Origin: Selaginella moellendorffii
Taxonomy: Eukaryota > Plantae > Lycopodiophyta
Length of the DNA: 64,000 nucleotides
Reading direction: 5' to 3'
Assembly (NCBI RefSeq): GCF_000143415.4
Contig: NW_003314336.1
Coordinates: 51,296 to 115,295 of the forward strand
The notes beneath the pieces were generated by a model, which worked only from the letters and a program-made list of their open reading frames with translations, had not been told where the DNA came from and did not search any database. A program made the position numbers and the translations under genes. Each line of letters starts with the position of its first letter. Position 1 is the first letter of the stretch. This document shows positions 1 through 12,137 of this stretch, in pieces.

Positions 1-1060
1 CGAAGAGATGGATTGAGACTGAGACTGAGACTGAGACCAAGATTGAATGTGAGTTTGAAGTCCAAATCTGAAAGTGAAAGCCCAAAGTGATTGTCTCCCA
101 GACCCTAGTGAGCTTGAAAAGAATAGTAAGGGGAGGACTCCAGTGAAGCCAGTTTGGCCAAGAAAGGCTAGTGTGACCAAGGAAGGCTATACCTACGTGG
201 TGGGTGATGATATAACCACTGAGGAGTCCAAAGCTGGGGTGAACATAGATAAATAAGTGGAGTAACTTGGAATAGTGTTCAAGAGCCGGCTCTAACTTTC
301 TCGGGAGATTGAATGGTTGATCGAATGGTTGACACCCAATCCAAGTGTGGGTGGCACTACCTACTTGGATAGGCTCATTGGAACCTTGCTCTAGCCACAT
401 GGCTAGGGCACCCAAAGGCAGAAAATGGGGAGAGAACCCCTGAGGCTTGCGTTGGGCTGCAGTGTTTCAAAATGTCATCCCAAAGTTTTGGACTATGTAA
501 AAGAAGAGGAATAGTCCTCTTGTGTAGTGATCAAGGATACGGTTATGTGGCAAGGAAGCCCCAAAGGTCAATGAGACTTAGTGGTCGGGCATTCAGGCTT
601 TGACCCTGTGGCAATGTTGGCAAGCATGGCTATGGACGAAAAGGGACTTAATGGGGATCAAAGAAGGGATATTGGGGACGGGTGTTCCTTATGTCTCTAG
701 GCATCCTAAGGATGCTAAGATGTGGTTATGGGATGACCACTCATGGATGGATGGCCTAGTCTATAAAAAAGGAGACTATGGTAAGGGTGGTTTTGGATTA
801 TTCATGAGACAAAGGTGAATGGATATAACCTTAGCATAATGGGTTTATATGTTAGTGGTATTTTTGGGTGTCTGTCATGGGATTGGACACATGGAGCACT
901 TGGACCAAGTGCAAAGGCTAAGTGGTATAGATGCCATTCACAAGGCTAGTATGTCCCTGAGTTGGGAATAAAACTTATGGAGGTTGTGAGTGAGACTCCT
1001 CCAAATGGTCAAAAGTGTGGTTAAGTGACTAAAGTAAAATGGAAAATTTAGTTGCTTATA
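1..1060 (+). mobile_element. Family A LTR (5' part outside the window) of the oldest host element; PBS follows at 1064-1074
   Basis: Homologous to the LTR at 1114-2998. Ends GCTTATA and is followed by TGGTATCGGAG (tRNA-iMet PBS). Its internal region resumes at 15164 and again at 28863. Confidence 0.8.
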
Positions 1061-1339
1061 ACTTGGTATCGGAGTTATTCTTTAATCTAACTCTTATTAG
1101 TGGTCAAGTATATTGTGAGACACAAAATCCCTAGGCCCCAAAGTGAAGCCAGAAGGGTGCCACGTGGTAGTGGCCGAACCGAAAGCCAAACGAGCGTAAC
1201 GCGTTTGGACTAAAAGCTCCGACTTGAAAGGTCAAGAGTGCAAGTGGAATTCCCAACAAAGGGCTCGAGGAATGAGTATGAAGCAAGCAATAAGCGAGGC
1301 CCTAAAAAGGGACCCAAAAGGACCAACACATGACACGTG

Positions 1340-2010
1340 GAGGAGTCTGAGATGGAGTCCGAGATGGACCAAGACGGAGTCCGAGATGGAGTCTAAGATG
1401 GAGTCCGAGATGGACCGAGACAGAGTCCGAGATGGAGTCTGAGATGGAGTCCGAGATGGAGTCTGAGATGGAGTCCAAGATGGAGTCTGAGATGGAGTCC
1501 GAGATGGAGTCTGAGATGGACCGAGACGGAGTCCGAGATGGAGTCCAAGATGGACCGAGACGGAGTCCGAGATGGATCGAGACGGAGTCCGAGATGGAGT
1601 CTGAGATGGACCGAGACGGAGTCCGAGATGGACCCGAGATGGAGTCTGAGATGGACCCAAGATGGAGTCCGAGATGGACCGAGATGGAGTCCGAGATGGA
1701 GTCTGAGATGGACCCGAGATGGAATCCGAGATGGAGTCCGAGATGGAGTCTGAGATGGACCCGAGATGGAATCCGAGATGGAGTCCGAGAAGGACCCGAG
1801 ATGGAGTCTGAGGTCGAGACTGAGACCGGGACTGAGACCGAGACCGAGACTGAGACCGAGATCGGGACCGAGACCGAGACCGAGGCTGAGGCCAAGGCCA
1901 AGCTTGAGCCGAGTCCAAGTCCGAGTCCGAGTCCGAGTCCAAGTCTGAGTCCGAGTCCGAGTCCGAGTCCAAGTCCAAGTCCGAGTCCGAGTCCAAGTTC
2001 GAGTCTGAGA
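1340..2010. repeat. LTR-internal compound minisatellite: GAGATGGAGTCC/GAGATGGACC(C) units, then GAGACC units, then GAGTCC units
   Basis: Visible tandem units. The array recurs at about 4280-4566, 13615-14165, 30530-30905, 36115-36245, 36870-37155 and 40995-41375. Confidence 0.95.
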
Positions 2011-4570
2011 GGGTGAAAGCCCAAAGCGTTCGTCTCCCAGACCCTGAGGGGTTTAGTGAGCTCCAAAAGTATAGTAGGGGGAAGACTGCAGTGGAGCTAG
2101 TTTGGCCAAGAAAGGCCAGTTTGGCCCAGGAAGGCTGTACCCAGTGTTGGGTGATGAGCTGCCCACTGGGAAGTCCAAGACTAGAGTGAACACGGATCGA
2201 TAAGTGGGGTAGCTTGGTGAAGTGTTCAAGAGTCCGCTCTAGTTCCCCCGGGAGATCGAATGGCTGATGCTCCCAGTCTAAGTGTGGCAATACCTACTTG
2301 GATACTTGGTGTGGCTCAATGGAACCTCGCTCTAAGCCCATGGCTAAAGCACCCAAAGGCGAAAGGCAGGGAGAGTACCCACGAGGCTTGCGTAAGGCCA
2401 CGGTGTTCCGAAATGTTGCCCCAAAGTCCCAGACTGTGAAAAGGAAGAGGAGTCATCCTCTAGTGTAGAGACCAAGGATACGGTCATGTGAGGAGGAAGT
2501 CCTAGAGGACCGAGGGACTTAGTGGTCGGGCTTGTGGGCCTTGATCCAGTGGCAGTGTTGGCGAACACAACCATGGACAAAAGGGGACTTGGTGGGAACT
2601 GGAAAAGGGATATTGGGGAAGGCTAATCCTTATGTCTGTGAGCATCCTAAGGATGCTAAGGAGTGGATCTGGGATGATCACTCATGGATGGATGGCCCAG
2701 TCTTTGAGAGAGGGACTATGATGCAGGTGGTGTTAGACCACCGGTTTGACCAAGGTGAAGGGGCATGGCCTTAGCGTAATAGGCCGATATGTCAATGGTA
2801 CCTTGGGGTGTCGGTCATAGGATTGGACACGTGGAGCACTTGGACCAAGTGCAAAGGTTGAGTGGCAGGGATGCCATTCTAGGGGTTAGCAAACCCAAGT
2901 CTGAAATAGGACTTATGGATGTTATGAGTGAGACTCCTCCAAGTGGTCGGAGGTGCGGTTAAGTGACTAAAGTAAAATGGAAAAATTAGTCGCTTTCAAC
3001 TTGGTATTAGAGCTGTTCCTTAATCTGACTTTTATTGGTGCTCAAGTATATCACCACTGGTGTTGGCATCGGAAGGTCTGAGGAGTGGGCCTATTCTTGA
3101 GGAGTAGCAGGTCGGGAAGACATGGCTCTCCATTACAGTTCATGTGTGAAGTTGTAGGTGAGGTGGTGGATAGAAAAGCGCCAATAATGGAACAACTTTG
3201 GGATCTTGGGAACAGTGTAAGGTTTTCCTCATTGAGTTGAGGATGTGATCCAGATGAGCATTTGACTCAGCAAACTAGCTAATGTATTTGTGGTAAACAA
3301 CTATAGTTGGGATCACAAGGAAGATAGAGACTCCAAATGATAAAGGAGTCACAAGATTACCCTTATGAAATTGAAGTTGGTGCTCATGAATTTGAGACAA
3401 TAAGTAATGACTATGGCAAGTCAAATATAGAAAAGGACACAAGTCCTTGAAATGGTAGCCAAAGCTACCTCTAATAAATGCTGGAATAACCCAAGGAGTT
3501 GGGGGTGTACTCAGAGGATGAGTTGGTATTTTCATCACATGAACAAGTGGTCCTAAGGGGCAAAAGGTTGCCCCAAGAGAACAAATCAAGTGTTAGAGTA
3601 ACACTTGGAAAGATGGTCCTTGTGAGTAGAACTTGAATACAAGAAGTTGTATTTCAGTGAGCTGGCATCTCAAAGGTAAGACCTCATTGATTGTCGGATG
3701 ACAAAGTCCAAAAAGCTAGATGACTCAAATAGAGTCAAGGAATAATCCTAAAGGATTAATGGAAGCATTTGGACTGAGGTGTGTTGTACCCCACAAAGGA
3801 TGGGGGGGATCATAGGATCCAAGGATGATAACAGAGGGTATCTTATCTATGGCAGAATGTGCCATGCTAAAGTCGTGGGAAAGGTGTTCCCCAATAAAGG
3901 AAGCAACTTTGGCATAAAGTTGTGTGTGAACACTATGGTGCAGTGCTAACTGATAGCTGGCATGAAAAACGACTGCTTTAGTCTTGGCAAAGACCTAGAC
4001 ACAAGTAAGAAGTGTCATAGAGGTAGGCTCATGGAACTGTTGGTGTGGAGACACCAAATGTGCCAAAGTGAGATACCTGTGAGACACAAAATCCCTAGGC
4101 CCCAAAGTGGAGCCGGAAGGGCGCCACATGGTAGTGGCCGAAGCGAAAGCCAAACGAGTGTAACACATTTGGACTAAAAGCTCCGACTTGGAAGGTCGAG
4201 AGCGGGAGTGGAACACCCAACAAAGTGCTCGAGGAGCGAGCACGAGACAACCAATAAGCAAGGCTCCAAAAAGAGACTCGAGATGGAGTCCAAGGTGGAC
4301 TAAGATGGAGTCCGAGATGGACCAAGACGGAGTCCGAGATGGAGTCCGAGATGGACCGAGACGGAGTCCGAGATGGAGTCTGAGATGGACCGAGACGAAG
4401 TCCGAGATGGAGTTCGAGATGGACCGAGACGGAGTCCGAGATGGAGTCCGAGATGGAGTCTGAGATGGACTGAGATGGAGTCTGAGATGGAGTTCGAGGT
4501 GGACCGAGACGGAGTCCGAGATGGAGTCCAAGATGGACCGAGACAGAGTCCAAGATGGAGTCCGAGGAAA

Positions 4571-7500
4571 TGTAGCACATGTGGTTTTGACCCTTTATCC
4601 TATGGTGATTTACCATAGGATAACACCACGAAGCGGAACCTAAACCCTCTTTGTGCCACATGACAGATGCCACGTGTCCATGCCATGTGTCCACAGGAAC
4701 CCGAAGTTCAGGGCCTTGGGCCACTAAACGAAGGAACGGTGCCAAACTCCCAAGCATGGAGCCGAGGGGTGACAGAACCGAACCACAGAGCAACTCCCGA
4801 GCATGAAGCCCAAGGAGCGAAGGGAGAGGAGCCCGGAGCGACTTGGAATAGTCCTGGAGCAACCAGCACCCCAATGCCAGGACCAGCATGCAAAACGGAG
4901 CCAAACGGAGTCTGGCATTATTTCGGCATACCGGTGGCCTAACGCGAGGATATGGGTACTCCACCAACTAGCATGGAATGGAACTTGGGCTTAGACCCAA
5001 GCCGGACGCAGAACAAAGACAGGCACGCAAGCGGGAGCTAGACTATGCCTCAGGTTGGTCGGCCATGCCCGACCTACCCACTATCCCTACTATACATTTG
5101 GAACCCCCCACAGCCCCCCCCCCCCGTTGAGGAACACACGCTGTGGGCTTTCACCCCAAGCCTCCCTTAGTATTAGGAGTTAGTCTCTGGGACAAGCTCG
5201 AAACTTACTAAATATGGAATGTCCTTAGATTGCGAATTTGGACACGGGACAAACACCATTGTGTTCAGGACGATCTCTACTTTCCGTAGATATGCCAAAT
5301 GAGCAAATCTGGACACTTTCCATAAATAGCATTTAGGACTGAAATGAGACTAATACAAAGGGCATGATAGCGAGGGTGTTTGGCAGACACGGTAAGCTAT
5401 CATCCAGCGATATTGAGGGACCAATCTCAATACGCGAGGGTTCTTGTCAAGCTAGTGCAAGACAGAGCAAAAGAGAGCTAAGAGCCAGGCTGAGTATGCT
5501 TAGCTAGAAACACATAGGAGTTCCTACCTTATGTCCATCTGGCTAAGTACAGGTGCTAAGCCATATAAACTAACACTTGAACAAAAGGGGCTGATAAAGG
5601 GAACCAGCAATACCGACCTCCTGCCATCGTGGCAGTAAGGTAAGAGTGTCTGATCACGAAGACCACATCTTTGGATATCCACATTGCACTAACACTCTTC
5701 TTCAACCACCTTCAAGATCCAATGTGAAGCTAAAACACTAACAAGAAAATGACATGGAAAATCAAGTTCTAAGGAAAATTCCTCATCACTCAAAGTAACA
5801 ATGCCACTTCCACTAACACAAGTGCTAATGATGTCAATGCCCCAACTACACATCTTCTCCATCCAACAATTTACTCCAAGTGCTAACGAATCAACTAATG
5901 AGCTATAGCAAATGCTACAACCCTTTTCCAACACCACAATGGGCAAACTCAAGGAATTAAGGAACCAACTTAAGCTTAGCATAATGGACCAGCATTGAGA
6001 ATCCAGTCAAAGCTACTACAATGCTACTTCATGCAAGTAGACTTAGCTTCACCATCAACCACTTTGGGGTTGATCATCGTTTAACCAAGCAACTTCGTAA
6101 ACACATTGCTCATTATCACATGGATATGATATAAGTATCACAATGACTTGATCATCAATTGAGTAACACCACGAGCAATGCCAATGTCACTACTACAAAG
6201 GTTTATGCGAGTATCAAGTGCCAACTCGATTCGACAAAATGCAACATAAATGTCACACTCTACCGATAGAGACTTATAACACTGAACACCACTAACTTTT
6301 GTTCACAACACAGACAAGCTCATGCCACTCTCTTTCCGACCAAACTCAACACTAATCCAACACCAAGCTACTCAAGGAGCAATAGCAAGGTTCCTCGGAA
6401 AAGAATTGAGCATTGCAACCCAAGTCTTCCAATAGTAAGCCTAGACAAAATGGTATAACGCTTCACCGCTATCCATCCCACAACTCACCATTTGTAAGAC
6501 CATCATCTCCAACATGCATCAAGGTAAAGACTCTTGATTGCATAATGTGAACACGAGCAATGAGTCACACCTCGTTGCAAATCATCTCTCCAAGAAGAAA
6601 AGATGATTTACGTGTTTGATCCTCCGTCCCCGATGACTCTCTTTTCGGTCTCATCTTTGACCAAACCTCAAGCTTGCTTTTGCACTGCCTTCAGTCCAAT
6701 CCAAGAAAAGTTTATGAGAGAGCACAACAATGATTACTTGAACCAATAGACTAATCCCTACAGTCTTGATTGATCCACTTGTAATCATGCCTAAGAAGGA
6801 TCCACTAGTGCCGTGCTAAACAGCTACGGACCAGCCTATTTGCCACTCATAGCAAACCCAGGGAAGGTTTGCTTTTACCCATGGTACAAGGAACAACTCA
6901 TGGAACCACCGATAGGCTAACATTAATCCTGCCAACTCAAAGTGTAACCTCGAGTTGCTAATGTGCCTCACACATGAGCCCAAGAGTAAACTCGTGCTAA
7001 CGGAGCATCTCAAATCCATCCTATGAGCCCAAGAGCAAGCTCACATTATTAGGTACAAAAGGTAACTAAAACCATACCCAAGGAACGAATATGAACCCTT
7101 TGCACCAAACGTGTACCCACTCGGATCATCGTTTTCATCTCTACGTATGCAATAAGATTAGTTGCCCAATCTTATTGGATAGTTCTCGCCGAGACTCATC
7201 CTCTGATACCAAATGTAGCGCACGTGGTTTTGACCCTTTATCCTATGGTGATTTACCATAGGATAACACCACGAAACGGAACCTAAACCCTCTTTGTGCC
7301 ACGTGACAGATGCCACATGTCACATGCCACGTGTCCATGCCACGTGTCCACAAGAACCCGAAGTTCAGGGCCTTGGGCCACTAAACAAAGGAACGGTGCC
7401 AAACTCCCAAGCATAGAGCCGAGGAGTGACAGAACCGAACCACGGAGCAACTCCCGAGCATGAAGCCCAAGGAGCGAAGGGACAGGAGCCCGGAGCGACT

Positions 7501-8430
7501 TGGAACAGTCCTGGAGCAACCAGCATCCCAATGCCAGGACCAGCATGCAAAACGGAGCCAAACGGAGTCTGGCACTATTTCAGCATACCGGTGGCCTAAC
7601 GCGAGGATATGGGTACTCCACTGTAGCGCACTTTATCTCTCTCCCCTTAAGACAACTGGAAAAGGGGCAATTGCTTGATGAGAGAGCCCTTAGTGGCTAT
7701 TTTATCCCCATTTATCCCCCAAGGTTCCAAGGATCCACGGTGACAGTATATCCAAATCTCATCCCATGATCACATGCGCTACACTCACCCCCCCTTCAGA
7801 GATGTCAATGTCCTCATTGATTATTGACTAACAACCCCTACTGAGCCAAGGGGAACCATCACCTCCATTTCCGCACTGAATCTACCAATCCTTCCATTGT
7901 GTAGACCAGCTATTCCATGTGAGGCAACTAGTCATCCACCCGTACCGCAGTCCCACGGTGGATACCTTCGTCCGTGGATACTCCACACAAGAGGAAGGAC
8001 GTACGCATGGATGCCCAATACATACGATTTCAAATTTAGGGGTAGGAATATACCTTGCTCAAGGGTATATTATATTTTAAGTAGCCACTAATCAATGGGA
8101 ATCGAACCCGTGCCATTTGCTCCGATACCAACTGTAGCGCATCTTATCTCTCTCCCCTTAAGCCAACTGGAAAAGGGGCAATTGCTTGATGAGAGAGCCC
8201 TTAGTGGCTATTTTATCCCCATTTATCCCCCAAGGTTCCAAGGATCCATGGTGACAGTATATCCAAATCTCATCCCATAATCACATGTGCTACATCCACC
8301 AACTAGCATGGAATGGAACTTGGGCTTAGACCCAAGCCGGACGTAGAACAAAAACAGGCACGCAAGTGGGAGCTAGACTATTCCTCAGGTTGGTCAGCCA
8401 TTCCCGACCTACCCACTATCCCTACTGTAC
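4571..8430 (-). mobile_element. Family B non-autonomous LTR element (3' LTR about 4571-5694, non-coding interior 5695-7213, truncated 5' LTR 7214-8430)
   Basis: 4571-5090 is repeated at 7214-8430 (with a TRIM insertion). Minus-strand PBS (CTCTGATACCA at 7201-7211). Pyrimidine tract after 5694. The right end is fused to family A LTR sequence at a GTAC microhomology. Confidence 0.75.
7622..8294 (-). mobile_element. TRIM (673 bp, 162-bp LTRs)
   Basis: LTRs 7622-7783 and 8133-8294 (TGTAGCGCA...GCTACA, about 5 differences). PBS GCTCCGATACCA at 8119-8130 on the minus strand. PPT CTCACCCCCCCTT after 7783. TSD TCCAC at 7617-7621 and 8295-8299. Confidence 0.92.
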
Positions 8431-10117
8431 CTTGGGGTGTCGGTTATGGGATTGGACACGTGGAGCACTTGGACCAAGTGCAAAGGTTGAGTGGCGGGGA
8501 TGCCATTCTCGGGGCTAGTAAGCCCAAGTCCAAAATAGGACTTACGGAGGTTGTGAGTGAGACTCCTCCAAGTGGTTGGAGGTGCGGTTAAGTGACTAAA
8601 GTAAAATGGAAAAATTTAGTCGCTTACAATACCTTGAGGGTATGTTGATGGGTTCATGGGAACCCCTTGCCAAGGGAATGGCATAGTCTAAGCTAGAAGG
8701 CATGTGGTTGGAGTGTGGTGACCCAATAATAATGATGGAGGTGTGGAAGCACTAAGCAATGAGTTGTAGAACTTAACAACTATTGGGCAACTAAGCAAAA
8801 GGTGCAAGATAATTGGTTAAATGGGTAGAAGGTAGCTACCCAAGACTTCTTAATGGCATAATGAAGTTAGATATACCCTTATGGGGGATAAATTGTTTAT
8901 GTTGCGATATAGTGAGTCAATGTCAAAAAAGGAAATACTCATTGTCAAGGAAACCATCATTGGGACACCAAAACACTCTGGAACACCAGGAGGTGGTGTT
9001 TAGTGTCGCGAGGGCAATAAATAAAGCCCAAGGGATTAAGTCCCTAGCGAATGATGGATGGGAGATGCCATCCAAACGTCCAAGGTTGTGGAGACAGGAG
9101 GAATCTGCCTGCCCGATTTGGACAAAGTCAAAAATGGGATTCTGGCAAGGCTAGTGATGGGCATATGGATGCCCATAAGTAGCAATGGTAATCCCGGTGT
9201 GTGGGATTATAAAGTGAGCATGCCTAGATTGAGGAACCACTCCCTAAGCTATCAGGTAGGTTCATCCCTATGAATACTTGCTAAAGCATGGTAAAATGTG
9301 CAAAGCTATCCTCCTAGTTTGGAGGAGAATAACCAAAGGAAACATGTGGGGCCAAAAGGCAAGTAGTATTGGGATGGAACTGAGCCATAGAAATCGAAAG
9401 GCATAACCAATGGTGGTTATGTAAGTTGGGAGTGGAGAATCAAGAGAATGGTTGAGGAGGTTGTTACTAGCAACTACGGTGCCATGGAGAGTCGAAAATG
9501 TGGAATTATCCATGTTGAACCATATGGTGAGCAAGGAGCTTGCAAAGGAAAGGCCTTAGCAAGTTAAGGAACAAAGTTCCTTGAAAGTTCCCGAAGACAA
9601 TTCTAGGTAGATAAGTACCTATAAAGCCAAGTGTAAATGGTTCTTAGAGTGCGCGAAATTAGAGTGGTATAGCAGAAGCGTGGTCTTGAAGCTGGCCATG
9701 AGGCGAGGCTATCAAAATTGGGGAAGTAGTTCCCGAGTGTTCAAAGAGAGGGCTTTGAACAAAAGTCGATGGTTAAGGACTTTCACGCTTATGCATGAAC
9801 CATGTTACGGTGGCTGGATGACTTGTTAAGTGAGACTGGCAAGTCAGGGGGAACAAATACCTTAGTTGAAAGAGCCAACTTAAAAGGGGTGGCCTGTGGG
9901 GCCACGCATGGAGGAGTTCATGCATGATGACAGACTCGTCAAGTGAGAGGACTTAGCAATGCGAGGAATTAAGTTCCTAAGCTGTGATCTATAGCACGCT
10001 TTAAGTATATGTTGGTGCACTGGCGTGGGGAGTCATGCCAGGCATCTTGTGTGATGCCGTCCGTAGATGCATATACGGAGGTTATGTTTGAGTCTCAACC
10101 CTCTAGTGCGTGGGCTT

Positions 10118-12137
10118 GATGCAACATGTATGTACATTTCTCCAAGTCCCTTAGGGACTGATACAAAAAACACGAATCCCTTAGTGCTGTTCACTCAACT
10201 ATGCTGTCCTGCAATTCTCCACCTAATAGTGACTGCTGCCCTCCAATCGTGGCTGCTGTGGTCATCGCCTCCGCAGTGCCTCCAGTGCCAGATCGCCACG
10301 TCGAGCCTCCTTTGTTACTGTGTCCGAAGGTCTCCATTTCCACTTGATCTCCCCCTTGTGTTCAATTCCGTAGCAACGGAGTCCATAGTCGTCGCCCAAG
10401 CTGTGAGCGCCTCCCTGTTTTTCCCATGCTCCTGGAGTAGCGTGTCCCTCAAGCGGATAGCAGCCAGTGTGAGCCTCCACCAATTCGCCATGATCGCTGA
10501 AATCCGAGCACACTGTCCTTCGAAGTGGTTATGGTTCCGAGCCTCCCAGAGTGCCTCGCCGGACAATGGCCAAGGTGGCATGGCAGTCAATGGCGAGACC
10601 ACGAGTTTTAGGTGGCTTGGGGATAATCGACCCAAGTGACATGAGCAAGGCGTTGAGGTACAAAGTCATACTAATGGGCCTTCAACTGGGGGCCCAAGCT
10701 TGGAAGCTTCTTTTCAGGAAGAGCATGCTAGCCATCAGGCCAAAGCATGGATTCGCAAGAGTTTGGGACGAGGACCCCCGTTGGATGTTCGCGGAAGGAC
10801 ACACACAGGTGGTAGGGGGAGGCTAGTTGGTTTAGGGTCTTCATCAGCTCTGGAAGTCATTCCCAGTGACGTAGGTCATCCCGAACAGGGCAGAGGACTG
10901 GCTGAATCAGCTACTGTTTTTCAATGAGTTGTTCAAGGCAGGAGACAGAACACTAGGCCGAGAGAACCACTACACCATATGGAGGCGGGTACACCAAGGA
11001 GGCTTCAGGACAGTCAAGCAACTAGTTGGAGTGGTAGATCCGGATCCACAGATTTCGTCTCAGCGCTTCCAAGTTTTCGGGCCAGGGAAGTGGCGGGATG
11101 TGTAGTGGGATTTACTGAGGCTACTGCAGGCAGTGACAGAGGCACAGAAAGTAGATAAATGGCCAGCAAGAAGGTTACACGCTGGGGATTTTGTGGCAAT
11201 TCAAAGGGAGGAGACGTTGGACGGCGAGCAGGTACCACTTGGGAAATGGACTCAGGCATTCACGATGCCAACCCCAGCGTGGAATGTGGGGGAGATTGAG
11301 GTGTGGTTCGTGACAGACCCAGACCAAAACCTCGGCAGGCCGTTTCGGGTAGTGAGAGGCGACACACTCCTCAAGGCGGGAGGTCCCCAACAGATGCCAC
11401 AGGTCATGGATGATGAAGTGAAAGGACGAATCCGGGTTCTGAGACAGACAACAACTTGGACAGAGGTGCTAGAGTCCCCTTGCTGGTAGAAGGAGATGGA
11501 CGGCTAGTATGGTGGAGGAAAGAGTTAATAGAAGACCTGGACTGGGACCCAATAGCATGGAGACGCAGGGCGAACGGCTTCTTCACTTACGAGGTCAAGG
11601 ATGCGCAGAATGGTTTGATGGTGAACAGGGAATTTGAGAGAGAAGAAATCCCACGACTGTGGCAAAAGTGGATCGCGCTAGGAGTGGAGGCAGACCAGGT
11701 GATTGACAACACCGTGGTGTTCTGGAAGCTACCGATCTAGGAAAAAGCAAAGGTAACCTCTTGGCTCGTGGCGACGAATGGGCTGCCAGTAGGCTAGCGG
11801 TTTCAAGCGGAGAATGCTCGCAGGTGTTCGGAATGCGGGGAACTGGAGACGGTCACACACCTCCTCTGGGATTGTGACGTGGCCAAGGAGATGTGGCGGC
11901 AGGTAGCAAAAGCGACGAGGGAACTAGGGTACAAGCAGGACTTCGAAATTCGAGAAGGGGATGTCACCCAATGGTTTCCAGAGGCAAGGGGACCATGCAC
12001 AGGAGCAGCTTGGCGAAAGATAGGGTGTTGGGGACGCTCAGGATGGGGCACCCGAGTTAGGTGGGATGCAGTAGGAGCCGAAGTTGGGACCACAGTGTGG
12101 GAGGCCCTAGGACAGGCGAGATGGGAGGTATGGCGGG
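10118..12137 (-). mobile_element. 5'-truncated, 5'-inverted L1-type LINE fragment (ORF2 C-terminus, zf-RVT region)
   Basis: 15-bp TSD CTAGTGCGTGGGCTT at 10103-10117 and 12138-12152. The + segment encodes AKVAW...GGLGI and CSECGELETVTHLLWDC. The - segment encodes the terminal LWEARN...FEG motif. Confidence 0.8.

Larger units (their letters stand above)
4078..8628 (+). mobile_element. Family A solo LTR inserted in the family A internal region; itself interrupted by family B and partly deleted
   Basis: TGTGAGACAC at 4078, GCTTACA ending at 8628, TSD ATACC at 4073-4077 and 8629-8633. Confidence 0.85.

Noticed and set aside
1224-2290. Long SR/SD/ME-rich ORFs, also at about 4000-4600, 13300-14230, 30390-31080 and 40780-41620
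   Set aside because: They are translations of a stop-poor minisatellite, open in several frames on both strands and not conserved between LTR copies.
8095-8115. tRNA gene
   Set aside because: Only a T-arm-like motif is present; there is no cloverleaf.
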